DNA from: Balanoglossus misakiensis
Lineage: Eukaryota > Animalia > Hemichordata
Assembly: GCA_040954595.2 (NCBI GenBank)
Contig: CM082579.2
Coordinates: forward strand, 11,335,625 to 11,399,624
DNA: 64,000 nucleotides
Reading direction: 5' to 3'
The position numbers and the translations under genes are program-made. Positions within the stretch are counted from its first letter, which is position 1. Every line of letters starts with the position of its first letter. Of this stretch, positions 13,749 through 25,314 are shown piece after piece. The notes under the pieces are model-generated. The model was not told where the DNA came from. It searched no databases and saw only the letters and a list, made by a program, of their open reading frames with translations.

Positions 13749-14760
13749 AGGCACATAAGCTGTAACTTTTGGGATAATTTTCATAATTTTTGTTTCAAAC
13801 TGCACTACCATTAGTCCACGCAGATGAAGGCAGTGAACAATACACAAGCATTATAAACCCTAAATATGAGTGCATATGCAAGTTTTAACCAGATAAATAA
13901 TAAAGCTTTGCCGCAAGCGATTATGGCCGCCACCGTGGGAAAATGCAAGAAACAATGAAAATGTCGCATTTCCGGTTGTGATACTTCATAAACAAAACAT
14001 GATCTCATCCACTTGAGCTCATGGAAGTAAATGTACACCACTGAGACATCAGATTTTCATTTTTCATTGCAATATTGCACTTTTTTAAAAATTGCAGGAA
14101 TTTTCGTTTTTCTTTAATTTTTGGCCATTTTGTCATAAATAAGTGTTGAGCTTGATATATTATCATGAAATAGCATTTAAAGGCACGTAAGCTGCAACTT
14201 TAGGGATAATTTTCATAACTTTTGTTTCACACTGCACTACCATTAGTCCATGCAGATGAAGGCAGTGAACTATACACAAGCATTATAAACCGTAAATATG
14301 AGTGCATATGCAAGTTTTAACCAGATAAATAATAAAGCTTTGCCGCAAGCGATTATGGCCGCCACCGTGGGAAAATGCAAGAAACAATGAAAATGTTGCA
14401 TTTCCGGTTATGAAACTTCATAAACAAAACATGATCTCATCCACTTGAGCTCATGGAAGTATATGTACACCGCTGAGACATTATATTTTCCTTTTTCATT
14501 GTAATATTGCACTTTTTTAAAAATTGCAGGAATTTTCGTTTTTCTTTAATTTTTGGCCATTTTGTCATAAATAAGTGTTGATCTTGATATATTATCATGA
14601 AATATCATTTAATAGACACAATTAAAAGCATATATGAGATTATTTAAAACTTTAATTTTTTATCCAGTTGCAGCTTACGTGCCTTTAATAGACATAATTA
14701 AAAGCATACATGAGATTATTTAAAACTTTAATTTTTTATCCAGTTGCAGCTTACGTGCCT
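13749..14760 (-). mobile_element. MITE family A, outer copy interrupted by a second family-A copy
   Basis: TTAA at 13745-13748 and 14761-14764; TIRs intact; empty site in right arm at ~28258. Confidence 0.92.
14181..14684 (-). mobile_element. MITE family A, inner copy
   Basis: Own TIRs and TTAA duplication (14177-14180, 14685-14688) at the internal TTAA of the outer copy. Confidence 0.92.
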
Positions 14761-15158
14761 TTAATATGAAGTTTGATGTATTCATAATCATTCAGAGAAG
14801 CAAACTTTGAAAATGTGAAATTGATATCAATCACATTTAAAATGACAGCATGCTTATATTTGGAAATTTAGGTACTGAAAGTAATCAGGCCTCGAACTTA
14901 ACACCGGCCCACCAGCCCCGGGCCAGTAAATATTTATAGTAGGCCGGTTATTTTCACGCCTTGTCGGCCCAATTGGGCCGGTGAATATACACAAATAAAT
15001 CAGTAAAACATACTGTAAAATCACTATTCTATTGTACAAAGTATTTAGAAAGAAAGATTTTAAGAAAAAAACAAAGTTCTGTGTCTGTATATGACGTTTT
15101 TTTCTTACTTCATCGAAGATATAATTGGCCATCAACGCACTAGCATGGTTACGTGATT

Positions 15159-16686
15159 AAAAAAAATAGCATCAAGGACACTGTGGTCCCATTTGAGGAC
15201 ATAGCACATAGCAACATAGCAATAAGCATATCTGCTCTGGATGCCAAGATATGGAAAAGTAGGTCAAAGGTCACCTGAGGTCATGCAAAATTTGGGCAAG
15301 AAATTTTGACCCTATACTGGTCCATGCTGAACAAAAACCAAACCTATAGCCCTATTGGTTAGCCTGTAATTAGGTATGCACATAATTAATGAGATATGCA
15401 GGTGTCACAGGTGACCCATATTTTGGCTTTTCAATTTTAGTGCCAACCCTCCAAACGCCAAGTCTGTACCTGCTCTAGATGCCAAGATATGGTAAAGTAG
15501 GTCAAAGGTCACCTAAGGTCATGCAAAATTTGGGCAAGAGATTTTGACCCTATACTGGTCCATGTTCAACAAAAACCAAACCTATAGCCTTATTGGTTAG
15601 CCTGGAATTAGGTATGCACATAATTAATGAGATATGCAGGTGTCACAGGTGACCCCCAATTTTGGCTTCTCAATTTTAGTGCCAATCCTCCAAACGCCAA
15701 GTCTGTACCTGCTCTGGATGCCAAGATATGGAAAAGTAGGTCAAAGGTCACCTGAGGTCATGCAAAATTTGGGCAAGAAATTTTGACCCTATACTGGTCC
15801 ATGTTCAACAAAAACCAAACCTATAGCCCTATTGGTTAGCCTGGAATTAGGTATGCACATAATTAATGAGATATGCAGGTGTCACAGGTGACCCATATTT
15901 TGGCTTTTCAATTTTAGTCCCAACCCTCCAAACGCCAAGTCTGTACCTGCTCTGGATGCCCAGATATAGGAAAGTAGGTCAAAGGTCACCTGAGGTCACC
16001 CAAAATTTGGGCAAGAAATTTTGACCCTATACTGGTCCATGTCCCACAAGAACGAAACCTCTAGCCCTATTAATTAGCCCGGAATTAGGTATGCACATAA
16101 TTAATGTGTTAAGCAGGTGTTACAGGTGAGCCCAAAAATTTGCCTTTTATTTTGGCCCCATTGTGCTCACTGGCCAATAGACAGTCACTGTACAGGACTA
16201 TTGCACAGACCAGAATTCCACAATAAGACGTGGACATAGCTTAACCATAGAGGTATAAGTAAAGGTATAAATTTAATAAAAAGACTAAAAAATTCATAAA
16301 AAATAAAACATCCATGATATCAACTTAACACTTACAGGTCGGTGTGAGGTTGACATAAGGTACATACATATCAATTTTCAAAGCAATCTGACCAGTAATT
16401 GTTGAGTTACAGAGTTTTGATCAATTTCACATTTTACAAGCTAATTTGCATATTTTTGGGCCTGGCAACTTCGTTTGGACAAACTCCCATCTACAGCCCA
16501 GCCTGCACCTACACACCAAATATTGAGGTGATACGCGCAGCGGTTTTCAAGTTTTTGATGTGGACGGACATACAGACATACATCCATACATCCATACATC
16601 CATACATACATCCATCCATACATACAGACGCAACCCATCCCATAAGGTCCCATGGTATATAGGCCTATACCAATGGGACCTAAAAA
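15159..16686 (-). mobile_element. Helentron-associated interspersed element (HINE, DINE-1-like) with internal tandem array
   Basis: Minus strand: T-run, ggtcccattggtat...ccatgggacc inverted repeat, (TATG/TGGA)n microsatellite, tandem core repeats, 3' sub-TIR aatgggacc with short hairpin and T-run; no TSD. Confidence 0.8.
15232..16160. repeat. Tandem array of ~3.9 copies of a 238-239-bp unit
   Basis: Units start at 15232, 15470, 15709 and 15947 (ctgctctggatgccaagatatgg..aagtaggtcaaaggtcacc). Confidence 0.95.
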
Positions 16687-19015
16687 TGAAGTTCATTGAT
16701 CTACTGACTTAGTGATTGATATGTAAATTAGGAGAAGCCAATACGCACACGTTGGTGAACCTGACCTGACCCCTTCCACCCCATGCCCAGGCCGCTCACT
16801 GCATAAGTGTGTCTAAATAAAGCTCGGTCACATTTGCATAAATTACAGCTTTGTTCATACTTTCTGAAGTTTGCCTGATAGAATAAACATGAGTCTTATA
16901 AAAGTTTGAGTTTACAAAAACTTAGAAGGAAGTTTGTACTCAGTGTGCCATTGAAGTGGGAAAGGAAAGACAATGACACTGTCAGGAGTCTAATACATCC
17001 GTGACGGACCAGAGAGCAATGACTATTTTAATTTATTTCAAATACTATGTTTACAACTGCTATGCTCCCATTAACTGGGGAAAGTAAATGATTGAACTGT
17101 CTGTTTGAATAATTCTGTTTGAAAAATTCATGTATTTTGCTATAACACCTACAATACTATAGTCGTCAGCACATGACAGGATATACTTGAAAAGGAAAAA
17201 CTTTTCATCAAAACTTTTCAGCTGATCCTGAATGCTGATATTTTTTTTCACAATGAATTCTCTCATAACTGGTGCATCGATTTTTTTTCTTTCAAAATGC
17301 ATTTCTCATACCTTGCACTGGTGCGATTTGATATAACAATACGCAATGAATTCCATCACCAATATAGCAGTAAAACATGGGATACAAAATCTGAGATGTC
17401 TTAGGATTTTTTAGAACCAATCAGTAACCTTTTTCTAAAAATTGTAGATCTGTAACTGAAATTCTGAATTTGGTCAGCCCAGGGAAATGGCATAATATAT
17501 ATTGTGTGAGGCCATTTATGTGTGTGGGTCCATTTTTAATACTAAATTCAAAACGGTTTTTAGAGCCCTTGGTAGAAGGTTACATAGTAGCACATGTAAT
17601 GTTCTGCACTGAAATAAGTGTGAACTTGGCATGGGCAGGTAAATTGTTTAGTGTACCTGCCCATTGGACAGGTGAGCAAAAACCTAAAGTTCAAGGCCTG
17701 ATTAACAGTCATGACACTTCTGAATCATTAATAAAGAAAATACAGTAGAATTTAATGTGATTTCTCTGTACATGAAAAGTGAAAATATTACTTGTGTGGA
17801 GGAAACAAAAGCCTGCAACTGGTGGTCCTACAGCCAGTAAGAGCCATCAGATTAATGCAACAGACTCAGTCGATTAGTCCTATGCGCTGTAAGATGAGTG
17901 CCAGTTTTTGGTAACTGAATCCCCATTCACAGGACACAGAAGAAACTAGACTCACTAGAGCTATGTAGGCTAACAATAGGAACACAGAGAACAGTTCTTC
18001 ATATTCACATTTTGATATGATAAAATTCACCAAAATTGGCGTGTCTGTGGGCAGGCAAAGTCAGTTCTAACTCGGCTTGCAAATCAGACCCATGTCTCTT
18101 GTTCAACGAGACTGTCTAGTTCTAATAATAGCTGTAAGAACGTGATCATTGACTGAACTTTTGGTTCAATTTTGCAACATTTTACAATTTAAAGCTGTAC
18201 ATATTAACTCTGTTTAAACTTTGGTTGGAGGGATAATGATGAAGCCATTTCACTGACAAAATAGCGCCAGTAAGTGATGTCAATATTTGTTTACAGTTAA
18301 ATGCATTGCCATCAGAAAAATGCATGTGAAAAATCTCTTATGTGTATAATACACACTTTTTTGCATAACTGCAAACTAACAGTTGTGAAATTCTAAGGAA
18401 ATTTTTGGGTAGAATTCTTGTTTTGTGGATTCTTAAACAAACTAGGTCACGAAACCTAAATGGTTACCTCAGAGTAAGTGTGTAAAATTTTGTAAACAAT
18501 TAGTTATAATGACCCACAAATTACATCGCAAAACTTTGTTAAGCTTAAATAATACGCACTGAAACTCCATACAAACCTGGCTTCCAGGCCATCTCCAGAG
18601 CTAAGTTACTCCAGCAGGATTGGATTCAATTGTAGGCTCGACTTCTGGGATATAACTCTCTTCAATTAATATGTATGTGATTCCTTACAAATCCATACGA
18701 TGACCTGAACGTACAAAAATACATTACAAAAGTAAATAGATTAAAATAGACAAATAATTAAGCATCTCATACATATGCATAAGTGCTTGTGAGAAATATA
18801 TCCTCTATCTAAATATACCTGTCATTTATTGACCTCATTTTCCTAGTAAATCAAAGGACTAAATTGCACTTCTATATTACAGCTTTAATGCAGTTTGATT
18901 GAAGCAACAGGTAGACTACATCATAATAGAGCAAATATGCCAGCTTGACATTCATATAAAGAGTGTCAAAATATTAGTGGCTACAAAAGCTTGTGTCCCT
19001 TCAATTCGTTGATGA

Positions 19016-19562
19016 AGGGGTAAGCCTAATTCAAGATTCACGTTTCACGTTCCACAGCCCAAGATTCATATTCTGATTCAGATTCGAGTCTTGGCTAATA
19101 TGTTTATGCTGCTGTAACCAGGGGTGCGTATGATTGTTTATTGTCCTTGATCCCCGCCCGCGCCCAAGCAAGGTTCCCCAAATATTCTGTTTGATTATCG
19201 CGTGACGTCATTGTCGGGTATCTCTTCAAGTTCAATTTCAACAACATTTTCAAAGAGAGATGCACCCTATTTATTATTTTCTAACACATGAATGACCCTA
19301 GGCCTGAAATAGCACCGTGGCCGGCAATCTCGGTATTCACAGATACTTTTAAGCGCAATTCTGATATAATTGATAGGTTTAGGGTCCGGGTATATTTTAC
19401 AACCGATAACTAAAGGAAAAGGACTCATTCCTATATTCTGAATCAAGTGAATGCAATGTTGACGGCGAAAGGACGTGACAAGACTCGAATCTGAATCAGA
19501 ATATGAATTTTGGGCTGTGGAACGTGAAATGTGAAACGTGAATCTTGAATTAGGCTTACCCT
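19016..19562. mobile_element. PIF/Harbinger-like MITE
   Basis: ~75-bp TIR gggtaagcctaattcaagattcacgtttcac...; 3-bp TGA flanks; empty site in right arm at ~26925. Confidence 0.8.
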
Positions 19563-20004
19563 TGACGAAGCATTGGGTGGACAGTGGAGTGTTAATCATC
19601 ATTGACAACTATGTGAATATACATGATATACTAGGCATGTTATTTATTGTTATTCATGCTGCACTCACACTCAGGTCAAACAGATTTCACATCAAAACTG
19701 TCATGATATGCATACAATATAGTTAGGCTTTCTATTCTAAGAAATTACTAATATGTACATAATCCGGCACATGTTTGTGAATAACTGGCATTGATGTTGT
19801 CGGTTGCTTTCCGAACTATGATTATCGCGGGTACAACTCACCTTTATTTTCTGAGAGACATCGTTTGCAACTTCGGAACAGAAATAGTGCAGGAGCTAAA
19901 CCCCAAATTTTTGCATAATTGTGCACTTTGGGTTAAAAGCATGAAACTTTGTACACTTATGCATTGGCCCTTGGCGGCCATTTTCTGATATGGATCCAAA
20001 ATGA

Positions 20005-20023
20005 CAGCGCCCTCTAGTGGCCA
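20005..20023 (-). promoter_or_regulatory. CTCF-like motif
   Basis: Reverse complement tggccactagagggcgctg matches the CTCF core consensus; motif match only. Confidence 0.5.
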
Positions 20024-20087
20024 GAAACAGATATTCATACTTTAAAATTGTGCACTTCCGGTTAAAAGCATGAAACTTGGTACACTT

Positions 20088-20474
20088 TAGTCTCTGTTAC
20101 CCAGACCCCCCTGCTTCTTCCGTTGGGCACTCCAGAAAGAGGGTCTGGGGAAACCCCATAGACAAATCTCCGGGCAAAGATGGCCGTCGGGACAAAAGCG
20201 ATGCATGATGGTCAACATTTATGACATACGATATTATGATATGACGATATTAGAAAACTATTTACCAAACTTCTCTTTCTCTTTTCAATTTGTAGACAGT
20301 TTCAGAAGGTCTAGCACGTCTCAGCATGTATTTTAATGTTCGAGTCTGCAACCATCATGCATCGCTTTTGTCCCGAGTCGGCCATCTTTGCCCGGAGTTG
20401 TCTATGGGGTTTCCCCAGACCCTCTTTCTGGAGTGCCCAACGGAAGAAGCAGGGGGTCTGGGTAACAGAGACTA
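20088..20474. mobile_element. Palindromic MITE with 9-bp TSD (AcademH-like)
   Basis: TAGTCTC...GAGACTA termini, ~125-bp TIRs, TSD ggtacactt at 20079-20087 and 20475-20483. Confidence 0.88.
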
Positions 20475-20529
20475 GGTACACTTATGCATTGACCCATGGC
20501 GGACAATTTCCAATATGGATCCCAAAAGA

Positions 20530-20548
20530 CAGCGCCCTCTAGTGGTCA
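20530..20548 (-). promoter_or_regulatory. CTCF-like motif
   Basis: Reverse complement tgaccactagagggcgctg; motif match only. Confidence 0.45.
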
Positions 20549-21140
20549 GAAACTGACATTTATACTTTTCCCCCCATTAATGGCACTTTTTGGTCAATTG
20601 TAACACTCAGAAACAGGAATGTGGGTTGTAAAACATGCTTGCTGCCATACATTCTCTTGAATATTATCCTAATCCTGATGTACATGTAACAGATCAATCC
20701 TGTATGTTACTAATTGAACAATTTGTTCTTTGGTATAACAGAACCAGTTGAATACACAAAATCAGGCAATGGGGCAAGACAACACCTCTTCTCCAGAAAG
20801 TCAAGGGTTCTTGAGAATATTCCTTCTTCACATGTAGCTCCTATAGAACATGTGCTATGAGAAACCTAGCATAGCTATATAAAACCAACAGAATCCCAGT
20901 GGAAATCAAATTGGACAACTCTTAGTTAAGCCCAAGAGTCAACCTCAGGAAGTCAGTTGCAAAAGTGATGGACATGTTTCTGTAGGTGATTTAGGTCTTG
21001 TCTGACAGCAGTATTGTTACTGTGAAGGAAGATGTCATCAAGAGTGATCTGATACATGTACATCAGGATTTGGATAATATATAGAGGAATGTATGGTAGC
21101 AAGCATGTTTTACAACCCACATTCCTGTGTCTGAGAGTTA

Positions 21141-21350
21141 AGGCCGAGTTACACGAGGCAACTCGGCAGGCAACTCGGTAGGCAACTCGACGCGCAACCC
21201 GAGTTGCTCGGTGAGTTGCCTCGTGTGTATGATGTAGTCGCGTCGCTGGAACGCATCTGGCGACGTCGCCTCGAAATCCGTCATGTCGGATTTTCGGGCG
21301 ACGAGTTGCCTGACGCGCAAGCGGTTGCCCCGCGTTACCACTTTGCCTCG
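21141..21350. mobile_element. One end of a Harbinger-like element
   Basis: TWA followed by (a)ggccgagttacacgaggcaac with ggcaactcg subterminal repeats and a hairpin; second end not found. Confidence 0.55.
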
Positions 21351-22104
21351 AATAAATTTTTGACATCTGCACATGCGAAAATGGTTTTTATTTGTTATTT
21401 TCCGAACCAGGAACTACATACTGTAGACCTGTAGACTTCCGAAAATATTGGGAAATAAGTATTTGCTATGAAATCGGATATTTGTATGTATTTATAGTTT
21501 AATATTTCCATATAAACTTTCAACTAGTTTATCTTGCCAGTGATAATATGAAAATAAACTACTATTCAGTTCCGTGAAAATGGTTATGATGATTGACTCG
21601 ACATTGATTGCGTTTCCGATTTTTGGGGTACCGTAACCAGATATATCGTAACCAAATTTCAGAATAAGAAAACGCCAGCTTATGATTATCGCCCACAGTT
21701 CAAGAGTTCTTACACAGTCAGTGTACATCACATATCTTTTTGGGCAAAACACGTGTCTATTTCGCCCGGTCATATCAACTTTTAAATACAAATATAGTTC
21801 TATTTGTATTATTTTACATACATACAAACAAATCTATCAGGCAATATATTTCCTCTTTACAAAATATAGGCCTACTTGTTCTTCTACAATGAAATGTCCC
21901 ACTTGCCTTGTTATTACTTTCGCTGCATTTCGAAACATGGATTTTGTTTATTATAACGTTTTTACAGATTGGCACAACTTTTGGCTCAGCATTTTTCACA
22001 CATTTGTATGATGTGCAGTTTGATAATTCAGTAATCTTAATGTTAAATTGCGCAACTTTCTTCAATTTCCCCATAATCTACTCCCCTGTTTTACAAGGAT
22101 TTAA

Positions 22105-22604
22105 AGGCACGTAAGCTGTAACTTTTGGGATAATTTTCATAATTTTTGTTTCAAACTGCACTACTATTAGTCCATGCAGATGAAGGCAGTGAACTATACA
22201 CAAGCATTATAAACCCTAAATATGAGTGCATATGCAAGTTTTAACCAGATAAATAATAAAGCTTTGCCGCAAGCGATTATGGCCGCCACCGTGGGAAAAT
22301 GCAAGAAACAATGAAAATGTTGCATTTCCAGTTATGAAACTTCATAAATAAAACACGATCTCATCCAATTGAGCTCGTGGAAGTAAATGTACACCACTGA
22401 GACATCAGATTTTCATTTTTCATTGCAATATTGCACTTTTTTTAAAATTGCAGGAATTTTCGTTTTTCTTTAATTTTTGGCCATTTTGTCATAAATAAGT
22501 GTTGAGCTTGATATATTATCATGAAATATCATAGACATAATTAAAAGCATTATATGAGATTATTTAAAACTTGAATTTGTTATCCAGTTGCAGCTCATGT
22601 ACCT
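22105..22604 (-). mobile_element. MITE family A
   Basis: TTAA at 22101-22104 and 22605-22608; matches other copies; one TIR degenerate. Confidence 0.9.
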
Positions 22605-23172
22605 TTAAACTCGCCGGATTTAAAATATACTAGTACCTGGTTTCAAGTACATTTTAAATAAACTAAGTCAATGTTTTTGTAATTAAACTTAAGTTACTCT
22701 TTTGTTATTAAAAAATATTTAGTAACGTTTAAATGTTGTCCAATTTGGTATCATGATTAAAAATTCCGTATTCATCAATTAAACTAAACACCCAAACTAG
22801 TATTTTTTCTTTACTGATATAGACTTGCAAATCACCTGCTAACTGAGAAAAAAAACGTGTTTTTATTGATGAGGATACTGTTGAAGTGCAGAACTAGTTA
22901 GTTTATTATGTCAATAGCAATACATAGTGGAGAAAGTATACGTATTGTGTGCAATTGAAATTCGCAAACTGTTTTTTTTCCAGGAAAAAAATACTTGGTC
23001 AGATGACCAGGTTGATCAGCTAATTGACAAGTATAATATAATCACCAAATATTTATGCATTGATCGGATAAAGATCGAATTGTTGATCGGCTTCTGAGGC
23101 GGCTGCACATGCGCAGCCCCTGTTTGACTAAAAAGGGCCATTAATTGAGGAAAAAGTGTAAATGTCAGTTTC

Positions 23173-23191
23173 TGGCCACTAGAGGGCGCTG
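23173..23191 (+). promoter_or_regulatory. CTCF-like motif
   Basis: tggccactagagggcgctg; motif match only. Confidence 0.5.
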
Positions 23192-24620
23192 TATTTTTGG
23201 ATCTATATTGGAAAATATCCGCCATGGGTCAATGAATAATTGTACTAATTTTCATGCTTTTAACCCAAAGTGCACAATTTTTTGGTTAACTGCCCCACTA
23301 AAACGAACGTCATCAGTACTTGGGAATTTCCTCTGAATTTTGGTGAGGTCAAATGGGCTCCAAAGGAAAACCGTTCCTGGTACACATAGCAATGGCAAAT
23401 AATTACTTCAGCGACTTACCAATCAACATGTTTACCAAATCGTTGGATAGCCCGGTTTCATCTCGGAGATCATTCCATGTTTCGATACGGCTGCTAATGT
23501 AAATTTTCTTGTGATTATTTAGTGCGTTGCAAAGTTAGATTCGTCTCTTCATTGACGACATAGTCCGGCGACATCAGACAACGGTCCAGGAGCATAGACA
23601 GCGACGCCATCTTGTTTATAATGTGAAGTATTGACTGCGCATGCCCAATACTTTGCGCATTTTCTCTTCCCCCTATTTTTGCTAGCGGCGCACAGCGGCG
23701 GTTACAGGGACTGTAAAGAAAGAAAGTGACTTGTACGTACGTGATTATTTATTTGTGGAAAATACCAGTTATAAATTCGTCACCAACGTTTAAAAAAATT
23801 TCAATGGTCACACTGCGGTAAGCATTTCAAATACAAACGTTCATAGTGTCAGACTTTTGCTCTTGTTGAGAGAAAGAGTTAATATACGTGTAAAAGTTTA
23901 TCGGCTGGACTTATTTCTGTGCGCCGACTGTTGCATTATTTGTTGGCGGGCAACACGTGCAACTTTTGGTGACTGTTGGAATACCTGCTTTCGTCACCAT
24001 GGTCTGCACTACATGTATTATGCTTTCCAGTTTATTTTAGCTTGAAATTGCACAACATGTTGGCTGCCGAGCTGTAGTGACGATAAAATCGGGTTCGAAA
24101 CTTAGATAAGGCTATGTGATGACCGCAGCGTTTCTTGATGTCGCGCTCGCTAAATTCCAAGTATTCCCGACCTACAGTTTATTCCCATGCAGATCAGACT
24201 GAGATCGCTTCTGAGAGAGAGAGAGTGAAAAAACATCTAAATTTTGCTGCTGCCAGCCCGGGAATGGAAGAGCTTGAGTGCATGGCTCTGGGCAGCGTTT
24301 CTCTGCAGGCCCAGTTGTATGTGCAAGGGTTCCCCAGCACTGATTTGTTGTCAGGGTCACTGGTGGCGGTTTGTGCTGCACTACTTATCGCTGTATTTGA
24401 TGTGGTGGCATTATTTCCTGATAGCTGTGTCTCTTTGCTTTTTCCAATACTTTCCGTTTTGTCGGCCATTTCCTTCACTTTTTCCATCATTGTTGTGACG
24501 CCAGTCTCTGTGGGCGACCTAGGTCGTGTTTTCCACGATTTACGGTGTTCTTTTACAGTTATCTACAACATCGACAAATGAAACAGTAGCAGGAAATGAC
24601 ACATTGATTTTTTAAAAATG

Positions 24621-24683
<63 letters not shown>

Positions 24684-24718
24684 ACAACAACAACAGCAAC
24701 AACACCACAACAACAACA
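24621..24718. repeat. (TCA)n followed by (CAA)n microsatellite
   Basis: About 21 TCA units then imperfect CAA units. Confidence 0.97.
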
Positions 24719-24719
24719 C

Positions 24720-25314
24720 GATTCATTCCTGTATTCCCTGTGGTCGTAGTTCATACTGAGGGAATTATTCGCCCATTCACGGGTAAACTGCGGATAAAAC
24801 ATATCGGCGCGGATGTGATGCGACGGATGAGAGTTGTACCAGGCGCATTGTCCGCGTCGCTTCTTGCCTGATGATCAGATGTCTTAGAACCCAAACTGGG
24901 ATGCAAATTGACCAAAAAACTATAAACAAGATTACTTTCACCGTGACCAATAGAATTCCAATATAGTCTTCATGGCATGACGAGCCCGATGTAGGAATGA
25001 GACTTGGCGCGAGAAAAATTCCTCCAAAGTTTTCAAAGATGTTCCCGCGACGATCTGTACATGATGCAGCCAACCATATCATTGAGTATAGCAAAGCTAG
25101 GTGAAAGGTGATAAGAGATAGCATTCCCATTGTAGTTACTTTTCAGTGACAACCCTACTTGTAGAAAACACCGTGGTCGAAGCCGAACGAAGACTGTTTG
25201 ATGTCGACAGTGCATAAGTGGCGACAATGGGAGTACAGGGAATACCGTTGTCATGACAAATAGAACGATATGGCAAGCATCACGTGACGCAGGTCGGAGA
25301 TGTGTGTACACCAA
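24720..25314 (-). pseudogene. Frameshifted remnant of a small membrane-protein gene in the palindrome spacer
   Basis: Hydrophobic segments in ORF 24777..25130; NFGGIFLAPSLIPT..C..LVTVK aligns by eye with NIGKVFFPPIGLPT..C..MLTVK at ~59880-60010 and the related copy at ~55270-55400. Confidence 0.45.

Larger units (their letters stand above)
14886..17700. mobile_element. Non-autonomous hAT-like TIR element
   Basis: 14-bp TIR caggcctcgaactt/aagttcaaggcctg (1 mismatch), GC-rich subterminal repeats; absent from right arm at ~28130; no clean 8-bp TSD seen. Confidence 0.7.
19885..23300. mobile_element. Non-autonomous Academ-type DNA transposon with nested insertions
   Basis: TAGTG...CACTA termini, long imperfect TIRs (19885-20597 vs 23120-23300), AAA 3-bp flanks; absent from right arm at ~26678. 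Confidence 0.75.
130..24015 (+). repeat. Left arm of giant inverted repeat (may extend beyond window start)
   Basis: Collinear reverse-complement matches to the right arm: 130-290/44481-44640, 290-856/41788-42275, 861-955/39316-39411, 3090-3850/35320-36075, 6972-9420/32240-34890, 10222-11340/31120-32240, 12520-13675/29400-31095, 17700-19015/26920-28135, 23301-24015/25796-26678 (boundaries approximate). Confidence 0.93.

Noticed and set aside
21155-21230. Short ggcaactcg repeats and the 239-bp array as CRISPR-like arrays
   Set aside because: No unique spacers, no cas genes, eukaryotic context; explained as transposon subterminal or core repeats
24194-24490. 98-aa ORF in the palindrome spacer as a cargo gene
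   Set aside because: Low-complexity Ser/Thr/Ala sequence ending in a (CT)n tract; no recognisable domain, cannot be supported without a search
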